Source: Antedon mediterranea | Taxonomy: Eukaryota > Animalia > Echinodermata | Length of the DNA: 64,000 bases | NCBI RefSeq assembly: GCF_964355755.1 | Contig: NC_092676.1 | Location: 16,944,871-17,008,870, forward strand | Reading direction: 5' to 3' | Shown: positions 1 to 14,400 of the stretch, one piece after another | Position numbering within the stretch: the stretch's first letter is position 1 | Layout: each line of letters opens with the position of its first letter | Position numbers and translations under genes: made by a program | Notes under the pieces: generated by a model | Told to the model about the DNA's origin: nothing | Seen by the model: only the letters and a program-made list of their open reading frames with translations | The model's database searches: none

Positions 1-915
1 TAAGTAGTAGAGTAGATAATGTGATCACTTTTACTGTTAAGTCCATCATTTATTGAAGAACAGTTTTCGTAGTCTAATGATCTATGTTTATAGTCGTTGT
101 TTGAAATAAGTCAGTAAACAGCAGTTACTGTATGCAAATATTTAAAAACCCCTGCACTTACTAAAAGTAGTGTCCTTAGTGAGCATAGTTCATTGATTGG
201 TGTACTGTATACACATAGAGCACAGAAACTAGGTCTCTATGCTACATAGTCAAAACATCACCATAATTACTGTAGTTTACCTACAGTACCCTTTCTCTTC
301 ATACTAAACTGAAGGGGTATTGCTAAACACCGCAACCCCCGCAAACCTCCAAAAAAACATAGCAAACCCCATCGAACCAACATAAAAGTGATTGAATCAT
401 GTAGTGTACAACCTACTGGGTATATCCATGTAAAAAAAAAATTAAATTTCTACTGTTAACAACTTATTTTTTGGGTAAAACATCAGTTTTAATCAATAGA
501 TATTTCTTTTTTGTACTTTGTGTACAATTACAGTATTTATTTGAATATACGCACCGCTTTGAATAAACGCCTCCCATACAGTAGAACATCATTTGGAATA
601 AAGGCCCCCCTCGTATAAACGCCCATATTTATTGCCTCAAACGCACAACACTGGACTGTGCTATGTTCAGATTGCTAGAAAAATTATTACTATACGCATC
701 CATTTATGACATATACACATTAAAGGTAATAAATTCTAATGCATTTGTGGACTTGTGTGGGAAGTATTTGTTTATATTGATAGTGCTTGACAAGATTATA
801 ACATGGTTGTTGCAAAGGCGTGGTTATATACTGTGTGTAGAGCTGTTTGTACACTGCAATCACATACAATACAAGCTGATTTGAGATTTGAGAGGACTAT
901 ATAAACATACATTAT

Positions 916-1424
916 TAGGGAGTTTTCGCAATCTTACGAATATGATAACGAAAACGGATACGATAACGAAAACGGATACGTCACGCACATGTATTCGTTT
1001 TTCGTAAGCCAGTAAAAATCTGTTTCGCATGGCAATGAAATATTGAGGGTGCTGTCCAAAATATGACTGCAGTAAATTTGAGCGAAGCGCAGGTACGTGT
1101 TGCTTGGTGCTTGGCTACCTAGGCCTAGCGTAACATCAAAGCGAGTGAGGACTTTAAAACCTGGCATTTTAGTAAATTACTTTAGTAAATTACTTTCAAT
1201 AAAAGTATAATTATATTATAATCTTGAATCATTCCTGATTCAAATGCAAAATGTGCAAAATAGATCAAAAATTATACTCGTTTTGAAGTCAAGAATATGA
1301 CTGGTGATATTCGTCAACACAAATACGCTTTACGAATATGAAATGGAGATCAGCTCAAAAGTTTCACAAATTTGTGACGTATCCGTTTTCGTTATCGTAT
1401 TCGTAAGGTTGCAAAAACTCCCTA
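916..1424. mobile_element. Non-autonomous TIR element with TAG...CTA termini (Academ-like MITE)
   Basis: Long imperfect TIRs TAGGGAGTTTTCGCAATCTTACGAATA...GATAACGAAAACGGATACGTCAC / GTGACGTATCCGTTTTCGTTATCGTATTCGTAAGGTTGCAAAAACTCCCTA; TTAT on both flanks. Confidence 0.8.
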
Positions 1425-2333
1425 TTATTATTATTATTATTAATTTTGGTGTTCTAGAATTTGATTAGCTAGTCCTAACTTAACTTAAAACCTTGAATAT
1501 GTTTTGGTTGACCAGATTCATACTACTGTAGCTTGCATAATCTACTACAGTATACTGTTTAGTTTGCACCACAGGTTCTTTTGTTATCCGAAAGAAAAGA
1601 GACACAAACTACTACCTGTAATGTTTATTTTGTATTCGCTTGATTGAATAATCACTGTACTGGAAAAACCAACCCCTTTAACCAAGTGACAGATATTGAA
1701 CACAAGCTAACCATGTAAATTTAGCAGTTAAGTGCCTAGGCCTATTCTTCAATGAAATTACTGATTAAATAATGTCTTACAAGTTATCCTTGATTTTTTT
1801 TTACTTGACAGCAGTAACTGGATAACTTCAAATAACAGGAACACTGGATAAATAAGAAAATAATAATAAGTTTTGTAAGAAACCCAAGTTATGATTGTCC
1901 AATGCAGACCCGTAGGCAGGGTGTGCGGAGAAAGTGGATTTATGATCAGATAAAACCAACTTTTACAGTGAACCTTCAAAACCTCTACAACAAAACAATC
2001 ATACATTGTCTGTCATTTTCGGCCAACTGGAAGTGCCATTTATCATGATTTGTTTTGTGTGAGAATACCATTTCCAGTTAGTGATTTACTTTATAACTAA
2101 TTTTCTTTGCCACATGGACCTGTGCCTCAAAAACTTGGTCCAAGACCATTTCCATCCCGAAAGCCTGACATCCATCCCCACCCTGCTTTCCATCCCTTTT
2201 TCAATCCTAACTCCGGCCTTGCAATGATTTAACTATTATTATTATTAATACTACTTTATTATTCATAATTATTTTCTATTTATTATATTACACTACAGTA
2301 TTTTATATACTTATTACTTTATTTTCTTTTTAG

Positions 2334-2489
2334 CATGATGTGGATGGAAATGGACACATTACCAGTAAAGAGCTTGGAAATGCTCTGAAAGCAGCCGGTG
2401 AAGATCTCCCAGGCTATCAACTTCGCGAACTTGTCGCAGAAATTGACTCAAATAAAAATGGAACCATCGAATTCAATGAGTTTATTGAG
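2334..2489 (+). CDS. PLS3: Plastin exon (EF-hand pair)
   Basis: ttttag acceptor, gtgggt donor; [52 protein letters not shown] has two EF-hand loops. Confidence 0.93.
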
Positions 2490-5400
2490 GTGGGTGTAGT
2501 TTCATGTATAACATAGCAAGTCTATCCTTGCCATTTGATTGGTTATTTATGTGCCATTCAGTAATACAATATTTCGAATTTGTTTGCGTGAATCCATCAG
2601 AAAACAAAATTGCTACCCTTTTCACTACAATTTCATTGCATGTCTGCTGAGCTCTTCAATGAATGAATGTTCGTGAACGTGTGTGACTTATTTCCTGAGC
2701 CGTGATTCGTTGAAATTTTTTATAACTTAAAATTCGCCACAGAAAAGGATTTGGAAGATGGAAACATACATACATAGCGTATAAGCTAATGCTTTTGATT
2801 CACGCTAACAAATTCGCTTAATGGAAAACAAAAAATAAAGTTGATACATAAAGTATGTATTCATTTAGTCAAAACTGTCAAATTAGTATCGTTATCACCA
2901 TTAATTATCATTTTTCCCGTTCAGTAGAACTACAAAAAGACGCATAATATGTAATTAAACCATGGAGGTATAAAATTTTATACCTTCATAATTAAACAGT
3001 TTTCATTTTACCTATTTAACTAGTAATACACACAGTTTATATTTGTTGTTTGTATGGAGTACTTAAATACTTATGAAAATAAACAACTGTAGTACTGTGG
3101 AACCACTAACTGACATACCCCTCAACTCTGTGGGATATCCTACCTTATGGGAAATGTTCTAAATAAGCACAGCATCTTGATGTTTGTTCTCACCTATACT
3201 TGTGAATAATTCACTTAAATGAATTATAAAAACAAATCTATAAATACTAAAAATGTAAATTAAATTGAAAATTACCTACCATTTAAGAAATATGATATGG
3301 TATCAAACATACCAATGAATTTAATACTTAGCACACCTGTAAAGCAATGATTTCTGTTTATTTTTAGGAACTTTAAAGCTTCATGTTGCCAAAAACTACT
3401 CTCATTGTGAATCTTGAATTTTCCAGGTGAACTTCGTAAGGAGACATAAAGCCCAAGATTTTATTTTTAATTTGCAAAAACCTTCCTTCATTTTTTATAC
3501 TTTTCGCTGTAACTTTCAACCTGTTTTTTGTATCGTAATTGATTATTTGATTGGAATTGGATTGACATTTTTATCTGAATATGATATCTCAACAGATGTT
3601 CAAAGGTCTTAAAAGTGGTAAAGTTTCAGCGCAATTTGGCAAAGTCATTTCTCCCAAAAGTGGAATTGTGTCCAATGAAGGTAAAGCAGATGCAGGAGGA
3701 AAACATTCCTACACAGATGAAGAAACAGTTGCTTTTGTTGGTAAGTACATCAAGCTCTTCTCTCTATTTCAATATAATAACTAGAAAGCCACTCCGAGAG
3801 TGCATACCTCCGCCTACTGTAAAATTCTCCTACATACAGTACAGATAATAAATACTGCAACATTTGGACGCGTAGACTACGTTTCGTACGCGTGGCAACT
3901 TCGTAGGTTTCGCGTGGCGTAATCTACGCAAGCTAACATGCTACGCGTAGTCTACGCGTAGCCTACGAAGCGAGAGCTAGGAGGGGAAATTCCAATGTTC
4001 AGATTATTGTGTACTGTGCTGCTGCACCACACACGGAATTTGTTAACGAATTTGAATACTAGTTTTCATCAATTTTAAAATGCGAGTTAATTACTGTGAA
4101 GTAATAATAAATGTATTAATATATTAGTATTAATTACTGTGTCTTGGTTGTGTTAAAATGGGACATTTATTTTTATGAAAGAAGAACAAGTGTACATCTA
4201 TCACCGATCGGCCAACGTACGGTGGACGGCGGTCGTCATCTGTTTGTGTGAAATGGCCTCCGGCTAGGCCTAGCTAGCTAGCTAAAAAGGTAGGGTTACC
4301 GGCGTACCTACCGACAGTTTAATTTTAAAATATGTGGTACGCCTATAGTACTTATAGGCCTACTTAGTAGTAGTACTGTATGATAATCCATACTGTGTAC
4401 AAGCGTTAAATACGATGTACATGGCGTGAAAATGTGAAATAATGTGGTATAGCCTAGGTGACAGAAGGATATTTCCTCGATACGACAGTTTTCGCCGTGA
4501 AGCTGCTGTTTACCCACGTGTTTGTATCGCGCAGTACAACTCTCTACTGTCTGAACTATGTTTGTTTACTAGGCTATATAATGAACGATGTTTCGTTTTA
4601 AAAATGCGTTTAAATGAAATATTACGCTTATTTAGTACTATGGGATAATATGAATTGTTTAAATACTGTAAATGTCAAAATAATAGAATACAATGCGATA
4701 TTATTTTTGTTCCAACGGAAATCGAGACGGATCACTCCATTTGTAATTCATTCGCCCAGTGTGTTTATATCCACGTGTTTATGATCCGCGGATGGATACT
4801 CTCTCTGAACTGTACTTTTATGTTTTGATTTTAACCTTCAATTTAGTGAAGTTCAACTTTTATTAAATAAAGTCTTGCATATTTCCTAACCCTAAAATGT
4901 TAATTATAATTTATTTTTATTTATAACTAAAATAACATTTATTTAAATACTATCTACTATTATCGCGCATCATGACTAAAAAAAACAAAACAACAAGATC
5001 AGGCAAGCACATGTTATGTGTCCTCCGATCCTCCTCCTCTCTGCTGATGACGATGTTCTAAATGACCTGTAACTTGACCCTCCACACCGATCCTCTGCTG
5101 CAGGTTGTTACAATAGCTAATATTAATGGAGTTTGATGTACAGTTACGACGAAAGTTTCAAACCTGGATATTTTTTGTTTAAATGAAACATACTGAGTAC
5201 TGTATTAATTACTTATAAAAAATTAACTTGCAATTTTAGGCCTACTACTATAGTTACTATTACTATGAAAGGTAGTCATAATAACGGCCCGTCATCAATT
5301 CATTTTGTACACTACTGCCTGGCCGGCGATGGTGAATGTACAGCAGTCAGCAGTAGGCCTAGTTAATTAGACTTTTCGCGTCTAGACTAGGCTTTGAGCA

Positions 5401-8400
5401 ATTTTAATTGTATGTTTAATAATGATGATGATATTATTGTAACAATCGTATCATTTCTATTTATTCGAACTTTTCGTAGCCTGCTTAGCCGTCGACGATG
5501 TACTTGTACACAGTTGAGTTTGGGGAATTCCCACACACAGTTGATCACAACGTAGGCTACGAATGCTACGCGTAGCCTACGCACTACGAATGCTACGCCA
5601 CGCAACCGCCACGCACCCGCCACGCGTTGACTACGTTACCTACGCGTGGCAAATGTTGCAGTAGTTTTTATCTGTACTGTAAGACAGGGCTGCAAATTAA
5701 GGGGTATTTGGTCGCATTTGCGACCTAATTTTTCTGTTTGCGACTAAAGCAACAGAATAGGTCGCGCATAGCGCGACAAGATTGTCTTCTTGTGCGAGTT
5801 GTTTCAAATTGAAGTCAGGTGTGTTTTCCCTATTTAACTGTTATTTATGTGTTGTAATTTAATCTCTCTCTACTCTACGGAAGGCTCAGGAGTTTCCACT
5901 AGTCACCGCCGCCGCAAAGGAGTCAGGTTCATTCAAGCGTACAAAGCCCCTAAACATTTTACACTCGTTGTGATTGGAAGTTCGTCCATTTATTGTATGC
6001 TGCCTTACCCAATCACACAAAAGGACACCAAACACACAGCACAGTGTGACGCGCGGACGACACAAACCTCGTGGAAAATCACCTCCGTTTTAAAGAAGGA
6101 ATATAAAAAAACATTTGTACCGCCGTACACAGAAGTTAGCCCGGGCGGGCGCGGCAGATACAAAGGATTGTCGCCGCGCAGCCATCAGCATTTTTTAGGC
6201 AGTATAATATGGTTATATCATGATTACTAAATAATGTAATTAATGATATATATAATAATATCTATTCATTATATAGATTAAACAGCAGTATTGTTTATCG
6301 GTAGATTTAATACTTTATTCCAGATTCTGATTATCGAAAATTATATATCAGAGAAAATACCGCAGCTTTTCCTACGAAGTCGCTTCGTAGTAAAACAGGC
6401 TACGTTGTTGGCTTTGTAGGTTACATTGTTTGGCTTTGTTAGTAACCTCAATAAACAACCTCACGATGTTCTATAGTAAGTAACAAGGTGTGAAAATTAT
6501 TATTTAATGTGTTAATTTTGACTGGCGGAGGAGGACCAATTTGTACATTACTAAGAAATATATAATATAATATTTTTTATTCGTAAATTTTTCATTCGTG
6601 TGTGTTTTTTTACTCTCAACGGCGAATATAAATTTCCTACAATGTAAACGTATACGAAACACGATCCAACACAATGAACTATGCCAACTAATAAAAATAA
6701 TATAGCGAACGTCCAGTCGATCCAAAAACATGCAAACAAAAAGATCGTAAACAATTCATTCTAAATATAGTATCAGAACGTTCAATCGGTCGCTCAAAAA
6801 GACTGCCAACAGAAGACCGTAATTAATACAGACCTAGTTTTTTGGTCACATGTCATGAAACGCGATACTCTGTTTTACTACGTGGCTACAAAACGGGCCT
6901 ATGTTAAATCTTAACATGGAATATATTTTGTTTGCGTCCTAGCCAAGGTGTTGTTGTTTTTATAATTCGCTAAACCAAGGTAGGATTGAATGGCCGGATT
7001 GAATCATGTAGGCCGCCGAAACTCTCTCTGCTGCGTGAGTTGAGGGCCTTGGGCCCGATGTCGTCTCGTTGGCGGATGTCCTGCCAAATTAGGACAACCG
7101 ATGTGTAGGGCGGCTACAAAAATTAACGTCTTCTAGGATTTTAATTAGCCAACAAAGACATGTTTGTTTCCATTGTTCATGCTCCTAAAGGCGATGACAT
7201 TGGTGTATCGACGCGTAGATATTATCATAAACAATACAGATCGTAGGCAACGAACAATACTTTGTAAATTGCAGGATACGTTATGTGTTACGCGTATACA
7301 AACCAGTAATTTCTTTCCGTACCGTAAAAAGAATAAATCTTGCGTGAATATAAGTGGCGCATCAGGACCAGTGCCTAAAATGTGCACAACCCAATTTATG
7401 TGCTCAGAAATCGATTGAAACAACCTATAATTACTTAAAAATTCCTCCACCCCCAGCCCCCCCCCCCCCGCGCTTCGGGGGAGGGGGATTTCATTTTTAT
7501 AGACCCCCCCCCCCCCCCCAACTAAACTAAAAACGGATCTGCGCGGATGGGGTTTGAGGGAAGGGGATTAGTTGTGGTTGGTGGTGCTACCAAAAATTAT
7601 TATGAGCCATCATACAAATTTGATAGTGTTACACCAAGTAAAAAAGTTAATTTGCAGCCCTGTAAGATTTCTCCGGGAAAAAAAAAATATATATATTTTT
7701 CAGCGGCGGGTAAGGTTTGCTCAGTGGATTGGTCATCGTTAACCCAATAATCAAATCAAATCAAATTACTTACCCGCCGCTGAAAAGGGGCCGTTTTGAC
7801 CTGGTTTGCCATGTTTATGATATTTCGTGTGTGCTAATCGAGTCGAATGCAGTTTTAATGATGCACTCTTGGCGTTCCATATCTGTTCGTTTGTTCGTGT
7901 TGACACATTCAGTATCAAATGGCGATATTTCTGTATTTTTCCTTTATTTCGCCAGCTGAAAACATTTCTTGCTTTTCAAAACTAAATAGGCCTAGGCTAT
8001 ATTATGTGTAATCGGATTTATAACACTGCCCTCTATAGGTTCTACAATTTTTGGGGTAAAATGAAGCATAAATTCTGGCAATTAAGGGATAAATATAAGA
8101 TGGCGAACATTTCGCAGTTTGTTGACAGCGAGTTCAGTATTGTTTAAAATGTTTTGAAAAGTATTGTTATTTAAAAAAAATTACTTCGTAAGTGGTCGAA
8201 TCGTATAAACATGTTACATAATATTATGTTGTGAGTGTAAAAAACGAAAGTTTAGGTGAGAAATCGAAGATATAACGATGTGGTGCGAAACTGCAGTAGC
8301 GCCGCCTAGGCTAGGCTAGGCTATAAGGGTCGTCGGTTTCGTGTTATGGGTCGTCCAATTCTAGGTCGTCCAATTCGAGGTCGCCCGGGTCGTTGGGGTC

Positions 8401-11400
8401 GTCCAATTCGAGGTCGTCGCTTTCTACACCCATATTTTTAATCTACTGTATGTTTATTAAATATTTTAATAGAAAACGCGAGTTAAAAATGAGGTACAAA
8501 AGCCGGCGAGCCGAAATCTGTGCGCTAAAAATAACTTTGGAAAACACCTACCCATTTTCGCACCCGATCGCACGAGGTCCATAATAGGTGGTGGAGTAAT
8601 TTTTGTTGCATGTTATCAGGCTTTAAATACTCTTTATTTTGATATGTAAATCGGTTATTATTATTAACATCCGCCTCATACCTGTATGTCAATTTTAACG
8701 ATAACAATTTTTTAGTCTTTCTCATTATCAAAATCTGGCTAATTTAGTATTGAATTAAAGCTAATTTATATTTCTGTTTGATAAACCACATCGTTTTATT
8801 TGACTTTGCGTGGACCTGGTGCGAAGAAGCCAACAAGACCAACCACTGAAAAAAATAATCCCTACCATAAATATCAGTGTTTACCATTTTCCTTACGGGG
8901 GATTCAGTTCTCCGCTTATTACTAAATTACCGTCGCCCAGGCATTAGGTATTAGCGCGTTAATTAATGATTGGATAACCCCCGCAGTGGACTGTTCCATT
9001 TTCTGAACTAGTATTCGCCGCACACGAGGCATGTCGAAAAATGTCGACTCTCATCATGGAATATTTGCTTCGAAACGTCAATTTTACCGATTTATTAAAT
9101 TATTTAATAAGTGGAATATTTATCAATCTATTATATAAAACAAGTACGTTAGGAAGAAATGTACCACAGAAATTTAAGAAGCTTTGAATTTGCTATGCAG
9201 CGGCCGTAACCCATTCTATGTAGGCGGCCGAAACGCGCTTTGGCCAGGGCTGCCGTTGTAATATACGTTGTTTCTTAGCTATTCAATTTAAAGCGCAACT
9301 TTCGGTTAGAATAATCGAAAGGGAAATAAAATTAAACATGTTAACATTATACTATTGAGGTAATTACTTTGTTAAATTTAAAATTCCCCTTTTTAATAAC
9401 AGAACAGCCTCATTTACGTTAGTATTCGTCCACATGTTTCTGTTTACATTTTCTTCTCGAAGTTCATTTTCTATGTCGAAGAATAGGGACTTCCCCTTTT
9501 ATTCGCTCATCATCACGTCGACGACGACCGGCCACGAACCAATCACATTAACTGTGTGTCATTAAAACGTCATCGAGGCACGCTCTACGCATGTTTAAAC
9601 AGAACTAAAAAAATGAACACGGCGAACGTGACGTCGTCACATAAAATGCTGTGGTGGTAAAAAGTGTACCCGAGTCAGAAAGTACCGAAGTGTGGCGAAT
9701 TCTCGCTCCCATAAGAAGTCACGCCGACCAGGCTAGGCCTAGGCTTGGAAATGTATTTTCGCCAATTTGGCAAACGAGGCAATAATTATTTTCGCCAAAT
9801 GGAGACTCCAGTCGCCATTGGCGAATTGGCGAGCGGTTAGCGCGAGCGTAGACTGTACCTCTACCTATACTGTTGCGTTGAGTTTACCCGATTCAAAAAT
9901 ATTATAGGAAAAGAGGTTATATAACCTAACAATCGTGAAAATCTGAAACCGAGTTAAAAAAACAATATGATTTTTAAAACTGACCAATCAATTGTTTCAC
10001 AAATTAGATCATCATAGTTTGTGAAAAAAATATGTACTATGCACCTACAATTTGATGTTTTTCCCCTTTTTTTCTACACTTTTAAGGACTGATACTGTAT
10101 TACAAAATCAAGTCAAACTAAATTATAATATAAACAATTTTTAGACATTAAAATGTTTGTCTTTAGTGTAAGCCTAGATTAATATATCACGAAAACATGT
10201 CGTAGGCTGGGTTGAAGCATCAAAACCCATTACTTTTTCAAATCCGTATGCGGGCTTGGTTGCGTGTGACCAGCTTTGGTTAAATTGCAAGACTTTACTT
10301 TTGCATATCCCAGCAACAAAACCAAGAACGATCGCATAAATATGTGTAAATATTAACAGTCCGGCTCAATCATTGTTTTTCAACGCAACTCACCGTAACG
10401 CAATGTCAATTGGAAAACAGGCTTTATGGTGTCAAAACTAAAAATCGACCTCTATGTGAGTGTATACACCACTGTGTATAGTAGCTTTGTAAACTATGAC
10501 ATGTAACTTTCATTCTAATACGAAGCTTTCCTCTGTAAAGTTAAATTCAGTAGTATGTTAATTTGTAACCCTGAATATGTATTAGTTTTATTATAAAATA
10601 CAATGCACTTTAATTCCAAGAGAGGAAAGTACTAATCCTGGATCAAGGATATTTATTAACTAAATACATCCTGATTTTAAAATCTAAGAAAAAAAAATAT
10701 ACAATGACATTTTTAAAGTATTCAGTTATTTTAATCTTATATGTGTGTTTGTATTTAGTGACTTTGACCATCCACTTTATAGAGCTAACATGTATAGTAC
10801 TGCTGTACTCCATGCAATATCTTCAATTTCTAGGCTGATCCCAAAAACAAGACATTCTTTTAGAACTATGATTTCTTGAAATATTTCCTTTCTCAATTTA
10901 AAATACATTAGAAAATCATCCGAGATTTTAGGAGGGTAATTGACTTAATTTTATAGTTTTACCTATATCAGGAAATAGTCGTATTTTCTATTAAATTTGA
11001 AGGAGTTGTTCAACTTCCTCCATTGCCTTTTATAGTATTCCTTTTTATGATGTCGACATTGAATGAAAAAAAAATTACTATTGTTATCAGGATTGGGTAT
11101 TACAGTGCCACCAATCAAATCTCTTTAAACTTGTCTCATGTGTCTATTATTATAAATACAGTCATACTGTATGCTCTACTGTCAGAAATAATATCAACTG
11201 TGATAGTAGTTTATACCATAATTGGCAATATGTAGAAATTGTTTCAAAATATTGCACAAATTCAATCTTTCAAGTGGTTTATGGCAATACTTTAAATAAA
11301 AAAAGGTTGCACAACAAAAATTGTATATTGATTCTGGAATGTATAAACTTTTTTTTTATAATTGAAAATTAAACAAAGCAAAAATTGTATTGTTTTCAAT

Positions 11401-14400
11401 CGGAAAATGCAGTAGTTTAGCTAGGCTGTAGGCCAATTTGATAGGAGCATAAGGTAACTACTTTATTGGTAGAAATGCCTCATACTGGCATCTAACCGTC
11501 TTCACCTTTGTCAATTGCTCAATTAGAAGAATTTACATTTAGAATAATTTACCATCATAAAAAACTAATTATGTGATTCTTGTTAGATAGGAAGAATTAG
11601 TACTGTAGGCTGGGAATACTTAATGGGGATAGCGATAATGCTTAATAAGGCGTAACTCTGCTGAAAAACTATACTGAACAACTCTTTGCACAATTAAACT
11701 AATTTGACAAATAATTGTGATGTTGCCAAATATGGTAGTAATATGACATCATCATGTCGTTGTTCAATATATTGGCACATATCATTTTTTGTTACATAAA
11801 GTAGACAGAGAATTAGATTATAAGTTAAGATTTGCGAGTTTTGCAGTATGACATTTTGCAACTAGAATATTAATGGCTACTAGCACAAACAATGGCAGCT
11901 TGTGTGAATTCATGCACTCTATTGTTTATTAAATAAACAAATTATAGTAAATCCAAAGAAATAAAACACACAATAATCAAATACAAACAAGTGTTGGATT
12001 AAATGGAATAATTGAGAGTTTTTCTATTTGTGATGTACTGTATGCAAGAAATGTGTTTACAAATATAAATTTTTGTTGGTAGAATGATAAAAATAATTTG
12101 AAAAGTGAAAGATAAAATAAATATGTAATGTTATATTATATAGATTAAATAAATGATGACCAGGCACACTACAAACGGTTCCATGAAGGTGATCAAAATC
12201 ACTCTTTAGTCACCAGTTGGTACTTGGAGAATATGTGAAGTGCAATTCACAGGAAGACACCGTTTATGTGGTTTATTGCTCTGAATTTGTGTTTAAAGAA
12301 TCATGTGAAGAAAAAGAAATTATTCTATAAGATAAGATAAGATAACTTTTATTGATCCTCAAAAAGGAAATTCATTGCTCGTCATAATAACAAAGAAAAC
12401 ACTATAAAAACAAATATAGCATAAAACCATTCATATAAAAACATCTAAAAAATTACAATATAAAATTATCTTCTTGACTTCCTGTTGTACTGGATGATAC
12501 CGGAGGGAATAAAGGATTTAGCAAATCGATTTGTTTTCACACTGAGGAGCCTCAATCTACCACTTGGATTAAGTTGGTCTATGATCACTTTGTGGAGAGG
12601 ATGAGAGGCATCCGACTCAATGCGTTCGAAATCTTTCTGGAGGTGTTCTAGGTGCACATCGGTAAAGGAAGGCAGTTCCAGACCAATCATTTTACCAGCC
12701 CGACGGATGAAAGTTTCAAGGCGTCCTTTATTCCCTCCGGTAACATTACCAGCCCAACAGGAGAGGCAATACGTCCAAACACTACATATAACGGATCTAT
12801 AGAACGAAAGTAACATCAAATCACAGGAGTTAAATTTATATAAAGTTCTCATACAATACATTCTGGGACTTAATTTTTTGCTGATGAAGTCTATATGGTC
12901 TCCCCAACTCAGTTTATCATTGAAAACAATTCCTAGATACTTGTACTGGTCAACAATTTCAATTTCTTTACCTTTGATAGTGATTGGTTGAAAATTAAAT
13001 TTATGTTTAGTCCTAAAATCAATGATCATCTCCTTTGTTTTTGATGCATTTATTTGGAGATAATTATCGTCACAAAATTTAACAAATCTTTGTATTTCGC
13101 TACGATAATTTTCATCATTGTTTGAAACTATGAGACCAATAGTACTAGTGTCATCAGCGAATTTAACAACGGGGCAAAGCTCATCATTTAAAGATCTGTA
13201 ATCCGCCGTATACAAGGAATATAATTTAGGTGCGTTGACAGTACCCTGAGGAACACCGGTGTCAGAGGTTACGATTTCTGACTTAACACCATTAATATTA
13301 ACAAATTGTTTTCTATCACAAATGAAATTTAAAACTAAACGAACAATCGGACGGGGAAACTCCATATTCAACATTTTGTCAGCTAAGATATGGGGTTGTA
13401 TGGTATTAAACGCAGATTGAAAATCAAAATACATAATACGTGCCGAGTGGCCTTTCTTTACATTATCTAGATGTGAATACAATTTATGTAATTTAAAATA
13501 AATCGCATCACTGGTACTACGGAGTGATCGGTAAGCAAATTGCAACGGGTCTAACACTTTTTCAGCATAAGGTTGCATAATTTTTCAAATAATACGTTCC
13601 AATATTTTCATCGCGACAGACGTGAGTGCAACGGGTCTCAAATCATTCATGCAGTTAATCTTAGGTTTCTTAGGTACCGGTATTATGCATGAAAGTTTCC
13701 AAATATCCGGGAACGCATGATAAGAAAGACACATATTGAAAATAAATGTAAATATACCATCAAGGTGAGGAGAGCAGACCTTAAGTACTCGTGGTGGGAT
13801 TCTATCCGGCCCAGCAGCCTTCGATGAATTGAGTTTCATGAATTCGTTATGTACATCAGAAATGCTTATACTAAATTTGGGATCATCTTCAGTCACCCGA
13901 CACAAGCTAAATAGAGCCTCTCTTTCTTTTTTAAAATCATGAACATTAAAACGGTTATAAAATTCATTTAACTCATTAACATATTGCACAGTAACATTCG
14001 GAATCGAGGTGGGTGTATTACCACCGTTTGTGTAACCACTCATAAGTTTCATACCCTGCAAAACTTGTTTCATATTATTAGACCTGAAGTTATGTTCAAC
14101 TTTTTTCCTATAAATGTTCTTCTGTTTCATTATTTCAGATTTAATCTCTCTAGTCAATATTTTCATACGATTAGAGTCGCCCATCTTAAAGGCTTTACGT
14201 TTCTCACACAACAGTAATTTAACGCCTTTCGTGATCCATGGCTTGTTGTTAGGGTAGATTTTCACTTTTTTAACTGGAACGCATTTATCAATACAAAAGT
14301 TTATGTACGAGCTCACTGCATAAGTAATACTATTCAAATCTTCATCCTCCGTAAAAATATCCCAATCGGTAGATTCAAATTCCGCTATCAGGGCTTCCTC

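Noticed and set aside
214-241. CATAGAG...CTCTATG second P-like footprint
   Set aside because: Only 7-bp arms and no matching TSD
663-726. Candidate first plastin exon (MFRLLEKLLL...K|gtaat)
   Set aside because: No resemblance to the acidic helix preceding EF-hand 1, and it abuts a MITE remnant; the true first exon is probably upstream of the window
5847-7450. Short ORFs within the hAT5-like element as a transposase
   Set aside because: No BED finger, DDE or hATC motifs; short and compositionally random
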